The translations under genes were made by a program, and so were the position numbers. The notes beneath the pieces are model-generated. The model was not told where the DNA came from. It did not search any database and saw only the letters and a program-made list of their open reading frames with translations. From positions 210,001 through 242,000 of the forward strand of contig NZ_LN831039.1 of assembly GCF_001457595.1 (NCBI RefSeq): DNA of 32,000 bases, given 5' to 3'. Origin of the DNA: Mycolicibacterium smegmatis. GTDB lineage: Bacteria > Actinomycetota > Actinomycetes > Mycobacteriales > Mycobacteriaceae. This document shows positions 24,255-29,817 of this stretch, in pieces; within the stretch, counting starts at the first letter, position 1, and every line of letters starts with the position of its first letter.

Positions 24255-25895
24255 ATGACAACATCGTCGGACCGTCGACAGGCGGTCGACGTGGTGGTGA
24301 TCGGCGCGGGGTTCGCCGGCCTCTATGCGCTGCACCGTCTCAAGAGATCCGGTTTGCAGGTGACCTGCTTCGAGGCCGGCGAAGGTGTGGGCGGAGCGTG
24401 GTACTGGAACCGCTACCCCGGTGCCCGTGTCGACTTCGAAAGCATGCAGTACTCGTACTCTTTCGACGACGATCTCCAACAGGACTGGGTGTGGCCGGAA
24501 CTGTTCTCCCCGCAAGAGGATCTGGAGAGATACCTCAATCATGTCGCCGACCGGTTCGGCCTGCGACCGATGATCCAGTTCGGGGCGCGGGTGGATCACA
24601 TCGCCTTCGACGAAGATGTCGAGAAGTGGCGGGTCAGCACCGAAGCCGGTCATCAGGTGACGGCGAAATACGTGGTCGCGGCGTGCGGACCGACGAACGT
24701 GGCGAACGTTCCACCTTTTCCGGGGCTGGACACATTCGAGGGAACGTCGGTGCACACCGCACGGTGGCCCGAAGGCGGCGTCGAATACGCCGGCAAACGC
24801 GTGGGAGTCATCGGCACCGGGGCGTCGGGTGTGCAGGTCATCCCGGAGGTCGCGAAGACCGCTGACCATCTCTATGTGTTCCAGCGGACACCTGTGTACT
24901 CGGTTCCCGCGAACAATCGACCGCTGCAACCAGATCACGAAAGGGACTGGAAAGACAACTACGCAGAGCGCCGCGCGGTGGCGCGACGCAATCCCTACGC
25001 CATGGTTCTACCGGTGCGCCAACACGGATCTGTGCTCGCCCACACCCCCGAGCAGAGAGCAGAGATTCTCGACGCGGCGTGGCAGCAGCGGAGCGGGTTG
25101 GCGTTGATGTTCCTGTTCGACGACGTCCTGACCGACGCCGGCGCGAACGAGGTTCTCGCGGAATGGTTGCGAGGCAAGATCCGTGAGGTGGTCGCCGACC
25201 CCGAGACTGCCGAGATGCTCTGCCCCAAGACCTATCCCGTCGGGACCAAACGCCTCTGCGTCGACAACGGTTACTACGAGACCTTCAACCGCGAGAACGT
25301 GACGCTGGTCGATGTCCGGGATTCACCGATCGTCGCGATCACCCGGGAGGGCGTGCAGACCGAGGCACGGCATCACCCGGTCGATGTCCTCATCCTGGCA
25401 ACCGGTTTCCACGGCCTCACCGGCTCGCTCACCCGGATGAACGTCAACGGGCGCGGCGGTGTGGTTTTGGCGGACAAGTGGAAGGCCGGGCCGGTGAACT
25501 ACCTCGGCATGGTCATCTCGGGATTCCCGAATCTGTTCGTGGTGAACGGTCCGGGAAGTCCCAGCGTCCTGACACAGATGGTCGCGCATTCCGAGTACCA
25601 GGTCGACTGGATATCGGCGCTCATCGAGGACATGGAGCGCCGCGTTATCTCAAGCGTCGACACCACGTCCGACGCCGAGACCCAATGGTGGGAGCAGTTG
25701 ACGGCCGTGGCCGGCCAGACCCTCTTCCCACAGGCCGATTCCTGGTACACCGGCGCCAACATCGAAGGGAAGCCCCGCAACTTCATGCTGTGGGCCGGCG
25801 GTTTCGACACGTACATCGACATCTGTGACGGCGTAGCGGCCGAGGGCTACACGGGCCTGGTTCTCGACGGAAGTTTTCACGGAAAGGCCAACTGA
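24255..25895 (+). CDS. Baeyer-Villiger (type I flavin-containing) monooxygenase
   Basis: ATG 24255 follows GAGGAGAG. The FAD fold is VVVIGAGFAGL, the BVMO fingerprint is FEGTSVHTARWP (FxGxxxHxxxWP) and the NADPH fold is VGVIGTGASG. Confidence 0.9.
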   Translation: MTTSSDRRQAVDVVVIGAGFAGLYALHRLKRSGLQVTCFEAGEGVGGAWYWNRYPGARVDFESMQYSYSFDDDLQQDWVWPELFSPQEDLERYLNHVADRFGLRPMIQFGARVDHIAFDEDVEKWRVSTEAGHQVTAKYVVAACGPTNVANVPPFPGLDTFEGTSVHTARWPEGGVEYAGKRVGVIGTGASGVQVIPEVAKTADHLYVFQRTPVYSVPANNRPLQPDHERDWKDNYAERRAVARRNPYAMVLPVRQHGSVLAHTPEQRAEILDAAWQQRSGLALMFLFDDVLTDAGANEVLAEWLRGKIREVVADPETAEMLCPKTYPVGTKRLCVDNGYYETFNRENVTLVDVRDSPIVAITREGVQTEARHHPVDVLILATGFHGLTGSLTRMNVNGRGGVVLADKWKAGPVNYLGMVISGFPNLFVVNGPGSPSVLTQMVAHSEYQVDWISALIEDMERRVISSVDTTSDAETQWWEQLTAVAGQTLFPQADSWYTGANIEGKPRNFMLWAGGFDTYIDICDGVAAEGYTGLVLDGSFHGKAN

Positions 25896-25899
25896 TCCG

Positions 25900-26796
25900 A
25901 TGAAGTTCGGCATGGCATTGCCGCAGTACGGCCCGGCGCTCGGGAGCGCCAAAGATCTGGCCCGCTTCGCTACACGGCTCGAGGAGCTGGGTTACGACAC
26001 CCTGTGGGCCGCCGAGCGTCTGGTGATGCCGCTGAAGATCCACAGCGATGTGCCTGTCGGTGACGACGACACCTGGGCGAGCTACCTGGACATGATAGGT
26101 GCTTTCGGTGATCCGTTCTCTCTCGTCGCGGCGGCCGCAGCCGTGACCGATCGGATACGCTTCAACTTCGGCACACTGAACGCCCCTCTACACCAACCGA
26201 TTCGGCTCGCGCAGACGCTCACCACGTTGGACGTGCTCAGTGACGGCCGCATCGACGCCGGCTTCGGCCTCAGTTGGGTGCGCGACGAATACGACGTATC
26301 GGGTCTCGACTGGTCGTCGCGGGGACGCCGGCTCGATGACACCCTCGACTTTCTACGTGTCTGGTGGACCGAGAATCCGGTCGAGTACGCGAGCCCGTTC
26401 ATCTCGCTCCCACCCTCACGTGTCGACCTGCGCCCGGCACAGGCAGGTGGCCCGCCGGTGTATCTGGGTGGGTCGAGTAACGCCGCACTCGCCCGGGTTG
26501 GGCGTCGTGCGGCGGGCTGGATCGGATTCGATCAGCTTCCTGACGATGTGATGAAGTCCCTCTGGTCGACCGCGCGGCGCGCAGCCGAAGAGGCCGACCG
26601 GGACCCTGACGCGCTGCGAAAGATCGTCCGCGTCAATGGTGAGCCAGGAGAGTCGTTGTCCCACATCGCCGATCGCCTGGCACGTCAGGTGGATGAGGGC
26701 GCCGACGAGGTCATGGTCGATCTGGTGTTCACCTACAAGACCATCGACGAGCGGCTCGATGCGGCAGAGCGGCTGATGCACCGCAAAACATGGTGA
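25900..26796 (+). CDS. LLM-class (luciferase-like) flavin/F420-dependent oxidoreductase
   Basis: The N-terminus MKFGMALPQYGP....LARFATRLEELGYDTLWAAERL is typical of LLM-class oxidoreductases. It starts 4 nt after the BVMO stop. The cofactor cannot be assigned from sequence by eye. Confidence 0.75.
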   Translation: MKFGMALPQYGPALGSAKDLARFATRLEELGYDTLWAAERLVMPLKIHSDVPVGDDDTWASYLDMIGAFGDPFSLVAAAAAVTDRIRFNFGTLNAPLHQPIRLAQTLTTLDVLSDGRIDAGFGLSWVRDEYDVSGLDWSSRGRRLDDTLDFLRVWWTENPVEYASPFISLPPSRVDLRPAQAGGPPVYLGGSSNAALARVGRRAAGWIGFDQLPDDVMKSLWSTARRAAEEADRDPDALRKIVRVNGEPGESLSHIADRLARQVDEGADEVMVDLVFTYKTIDERLDAAERLMHRKTW

Positions 26797-26805
26797 CCCG
26801 GTAGT

Positions 26806-27450
26806 TCAGTCGAAGACCGTCGGCAGCTCCGGGTGCCGCCAGTGGGTGTGCATCATGCGCAGCTGGGCCTCGTCGACCGACGGCGCCAACGGAGGTAACC
26901 GGTCCAGGGCGAACCAGTCGATCGCGCTGGTCCCGGTGAGATCCGCTGGTACCCGGCCCCGTTCGTGGCACAAGAAGAACAGTTTGTGGACATGGAACAG
27001 CGGCGCCGGCTGCCGCGACGGACGGTGCCTGTCGTGGTAGAGCACGGCAACCAGCTTGTCGACATCGACGATGAGGCCGGCCTCCTCACGGACCTCCTTC
27101 GCGACAGCCTGCGCCGGGGTTTCCAAGACGTCACACCACCCGCCGGGAAGCGTCCACAGCCGGTCGGCGCGCTCCTGGACCAGGAGAAGCTCTTCTTCGG
27201 AGTTGAAGATCGCGCCGCGCACCGACACCTTGGGTGTCATGTACCCGGTGTCGACGCTGAAGGCTGCGCGCAACTGCTCGATATCACCGTCGGCGATCAG
27301 GGTCATCAACTCTTCGGCAGCCCGACGAACCTGGGTGTAACGCTGACGGTCGAATGGGTCGTGGGCGAACGTCAGCCCGTTCTGGGCGACGGCAAGCAGG
27401 GTGAGTGCCTGCCGTCGGATCAGGTCAGAGGCGTCGTGGTCGGAAGGCAC
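26806..27450 (-). CDS. NUDIX hydrolase with N-terminal Nudix_N-type domain
   Basis: The Nudix box is GGWCDVLETPAQAVAKEVREEAGL (GX5EX7REUXEEXGU). GTG 27450 follows GAGGGG with a 5-nt spacer, 9 nt downstream of the ACAD-fold gene. Confidence 0.85.
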   Translation of the reverse strand: MPSDHDASDLIRRQALTLLAVAQNGLTFAHDPFDRQRYTQVRRAAEELMTLIADGDIEQLRAAFSVDTGYMTPKVSVRGAIFNSEEELLLVQERADRLWTLPGGWCDVLETPAQAVAKEVREEAGLIVDVDKLVAVLYHDRHRPSRQPAPLFHVHKLFFLCHERGRVPADLTGTSAIDWFALDRLPPLAPSVDEAQLRMMHTHWRHPELPTVFD

Positions 27451-27459
27451 AAAAGCCCC

Positions 27460-28593
27460 TCAGAACAACGGCAATCCATGATCCATGCCGAGCCGGACAC
27501 GGCCGGCGCCCTCCATGAACAACGCCGACTGGTTGGCGTGCTGTGTCGCCGCCATGCCGTCGCGGAAGATCCGCTCGATCGTGTTGGTGCGGTACAGCGC
27601 CGATGAGCCCGCGAGGTTGTACATATCCACCAGTGCAATGCGGCTCACCTCTGCGGCGTGCGTGATCGCGGCACGGTGGGCCGCGCGTTGGTCGAGCGTC
27701 AGCTGATCGCCGGCATCTGCCAGCTCCGAGGCCGTCGACAGGAGGAGCAGGCGCGCGGCGTCGACACTGGCCTGCGCCTTGGCGACCAGATACTGCGTCC
27801 GCGTGGCATCGGCGACCACGCCGCCCACCACCGACGCCTTCGATCGCACCAGGGTGACGGTCTCCTCGATCATGTGCGCGGCGATGCCGAGAGTGACTGC
27901 GGCACAGCCGCCGAACACCAGGTTGCCGATGAAGCCGCGGTAGACCGGGCTGTCGGTGTTGACCGGCGCATCGAGCCGGGTGGCGAGATCCTCGGGGACG
28001 AAGACGTCGTCGATCACCACATCCCGGCTCCCTGTCGCCCGCAGCCCGGTGACATTCCAGGTGTCTTGGATGTCGATCTGGTCGGTGGGGACGGCGAACA
28101 GACGCACATCCGGCGCCCCGTTGGTATCGCCCGTGACGATTCCCACGACCACGATCCAGGTCGCACTCCTGATCCCGGTGACGATCTTCCAATGGCCACT
28201 CAGCTGGAACCCACCGTTGGTCGGCGTGGCGGTGCCGGGCATCCCGGAGTTGGCGAACACCGGCTCGACGCCGGTGCCCCAGATGCGCTTGTTGCCCGTT
28301 TCGGGAAGCATGGCGCCGATGAACCCGAAGTTGGTGTTCCACACCAGCAATCCGACGGATCCGTCGATGCGGCCGAACTTTTCGTACACCGACAGCGCCG
28401 TCGGCAGTGGGGCCGCCCAGCCGCCGAGCTCGCGCGGGGTCAGCAGCCGGAACGCGCCTGCGTCGCGCAACTCGTCGTGCAACCTGCTGGGAATGTCGCC
28501 GAGACCATCGGCTTCTTCGACGCTCGCTTCGATCGAGGCACGCAAGGCGCCTGGGAGATCGAGAACATCATGCGTCTGAACCTGCGTTGTCAT
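27460..28593 (-). CDS. Acyl-CoA dehydrogenase-fold protein (ACAD family / possible flavin-dependent monooxygenase)
   Basis: It is 377 aa, with N-terminus ..LRDAGAFRLLTPRELGGW.. and the overall ACAD domain order. The substrate is unknown. Confidence 0.7.
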   Translation of the reverse strand: MTTQVQTHDVLDLPGALRASIEASVEEADGLGDIPSRLHDELRDAGAFRLLTPRELGGWAAPLPTALSVYEKFGRIDGSVGLLVWNTNFGFIGAMLPETGNKRIWGTGVEPVFANSGMPGTATPTNGGFQLSGHWKIVTGIRSATWIVVVGIVTGDTNGAPDVRLFAVPTDQIDIQDTWNVTGLRATGSRDVVIDDVFVPEDLATRLDAPVNTDSPVYRGFIGNLVFGGCAAVTLGIAAHMIEETVTLVRSKASVVGGVVADATRTQYLVAKAQASVDAARLLLLSTASELADAGDQLTLDQRAAHRAAITHAAEVSRIALVDMYNLAGSSALYRTNTIERIFRDGMAATQHANQSALFMEGAGRVRLGMDHGLPLF

Positions 28594-28653
28594 ACCGGTG
28601 GGAACGATGGGCGCGACAAAACGATTCGCAGCACCGGCAGTAGCCTCGGGGAC

Positions 28654-29433
28654 ATGTCGCAGGCCGACGAGTTCGTCAAGCGCAATCCCGCCGCCCCACG
28701 AGGGTTCTTCGCAGCAGAAGCCGCAGGGCTCACCTGGTTACGCGTGGACGGTGGCGTCGACTGCGTGCGTGTCCTGGATTGCGATGCAACGTCTTTGAGT
28801 CTGGAGCGCCTTGAATCCGCGCCACCGACGGCCGAGGCGGCCCGCGACTTCGGCAGGCGGCTCGCGGTCACCCACAATACGGGCGCCCGCGGTTTCGGTG
28901 CGGGTCCTGACGGCCACGACGGGCCCGGATTCTTTGGGCCGATGTCGGAGCCGTTGCCCATGTCGTTGAACCCGCACAACTCATGGGGCGAGTTCTACGC
29001 CGTCGAACGATTGCGTCCCATGGCCGAACTCGCCGCTCCGCGGTTGTCCTCGTCTGCCCGTGAAGCGATCGACCGCGTCATCGAGCTGTGCGCCGCAGGC
29101 ACTTTCGACGATGGCGACGTGCCGTGCCGGCTGCACGGGGATCTGTGGAGCGGCAACGTGATGTGGACCCCCGCCGGAGTGGTGCTGATCGACCCTGCCG
29201 CACACGGCGGGCACCGCGAGACGGATCTCGCGATGCTGGCGCTGTTCGGGTGTCCGTTCCTTGGCGAGGTACTCGAGGGTTATCGATCGGTGCAGCCATT
29301 GCGTCCCGGGTGGCAGGACCGCGTCGGCCTGCACCAGCTGTACCCGCTGCTGGCGCATGTGGTGCTCTTCGGGGGCGGGTACGCCACCCAGACACATCGC
29401 GCCGCCGCGAGCGTGCTGACGACCTACGGGTGA
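28654..29433 (+). CDS. Fructosamine/ketosamine kinase-family protein
   Basis: The catalytic region LHGDLWSGNVMW...LIDPAAHGGHRETDLAML is typical of the family. It is 259 aa from ATG 28654. The tracked ORF start (27658) is an artefact of an open antisense frame across the ACAD gene. Confidence 0.85.
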   Translation: MSQADEFVKRNPAAPRGFFAAEAAGLTWLRVDGGVDCVRVLDCDATSLSLERLESAPPTAEAARDFGRRLAVTHNTGARGFGAGPDGHDGPGFFGPMSEPLPMSLNPHNSWGEFYAVERLRPMAELAAPRLSSSAREAIDRVIELCAAGTFDDGDVPCRLHGDLWSGNVMWTPAGVVLIDPAAHGGHRETDLAMLALFGCPFLGEVLEGYRSVQPLRPGWQDRVGLHQLYPLLAHVVLFGGGYATQTHRAAASVLTTYG

Positions 29434-29448
29434 CTGCGGATACCGCAG
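29434..29448 (+). terminator. Short hairpin immediately after the fructosamine kinase stop
   Basis: CTGCGG-ATA-CCGCAG forms a 6-bp stem and is followed by the GT-rich CTGTGTTGTGTG. This is weak; the stem is short and the loop is minimal. Confidence 0.3.
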
Positions 29449-29519
29449 CTGTGTTGTGTGCGGCATCGATCCTCATGAATCACGCATATGTCGTATGTGC
29501 CGAAAAGCCAGGTCACAGC

Positions 29520-29535
29520 TAATTGAATTCAATTA
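29520..29535. promoter_or_regulatory. Perfect 16-bp AT-rich palindrome TAATTGAATTCAATTA
   Basis: It is its own reverse complement (checked by hand) and has only 2 G/C in 16 positions within a GC-rich genome. It lies 283 nt upstream of the GTG of the secreted-protein gene. Confidence 0.4.
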
Positions 29536-29747
29536 CGGATCTCGTCGCGTCGGTAGTGGACCTGATGCGCCGCTACCGGTGGTGATGCTTGCGGTGGGTA
29601 CGAATGTGCCTGCGTTTTGGCAACGATTGCCTGATTCGCTGTGCTATATGCGCACAGCGTAGTTCAACTTATGAGCGCTGGTAACGACGGTAATCGGTCT
29701 TTCGAAGGGAAATTTTGAGGATTCGCTCAAAATGTTCGTAATCAACT

Positions 29748-29763
29748 AGTGATCCGAATCACA
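29748..29763. promoter_or_regulatory. CRP/GlxR-like site AGTGA-N6-TCACA
   Basis: AGTGATCCGAATCACA matches the actinobacterial CRP consensus TGTGA-N6-TCACA at 9 of 10 defined positions. It lies 8 nt upstream of an extended -10-like TGcTAAGTT (29768-29776) and 55 nt upstream of GTG 29818. Confidence 0.4.
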
Positions 29764-29817
29764 GGGGTGCTAAGTTCCTGAGAACAACCTGAGACGGCTG
29801 ACTGAAAGGAACGCCCA

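Noticed and set aside
27658-28653. An N-terminal 332-codon extension of the fructosamine kinase ORF as tracked (27658..29433).
   Set aside because: The extension is antisense to the ACAD-fold gene and has no kinase homology. Homology begins at ATG 28654 (MSQADEFVKRNP...).
29456-29662. A 68-aa ORF (MCGIDPHESRICRMCRKARSQ...) in the AT-rich intergenic region.
   Set aside because: It has no SD, no GC3 bias, an odd composition, and it spans the palindromes and hairpins. This DNA is more likely regulatory or non-coding. Ribosome profiling could revisit it.
29690-29817. A possible ydaO-type (c-di-AMP) riboswitch. CGGUAAUC, CGUAAUC, CCGAAUC, ACAGGGGUG and GACGGCUGAC vaguely recall conserved ydaO blocks, and such riboswitches precede secreted cell-wall proteins in Actinobacteria.
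   Set aside because: I cannot assemble the pseudo-twofold architecture or the conserved ACGGGGA..CCA / CCCG..CCGACAGCUAAC blocks from this sequence. The region is much more AT-rich than actinobacterial examples I remember. The CCGAATC segment is equally well explained as the spacer of a CRP site. Only an Rfam cmscan (RF00379) could settle it.
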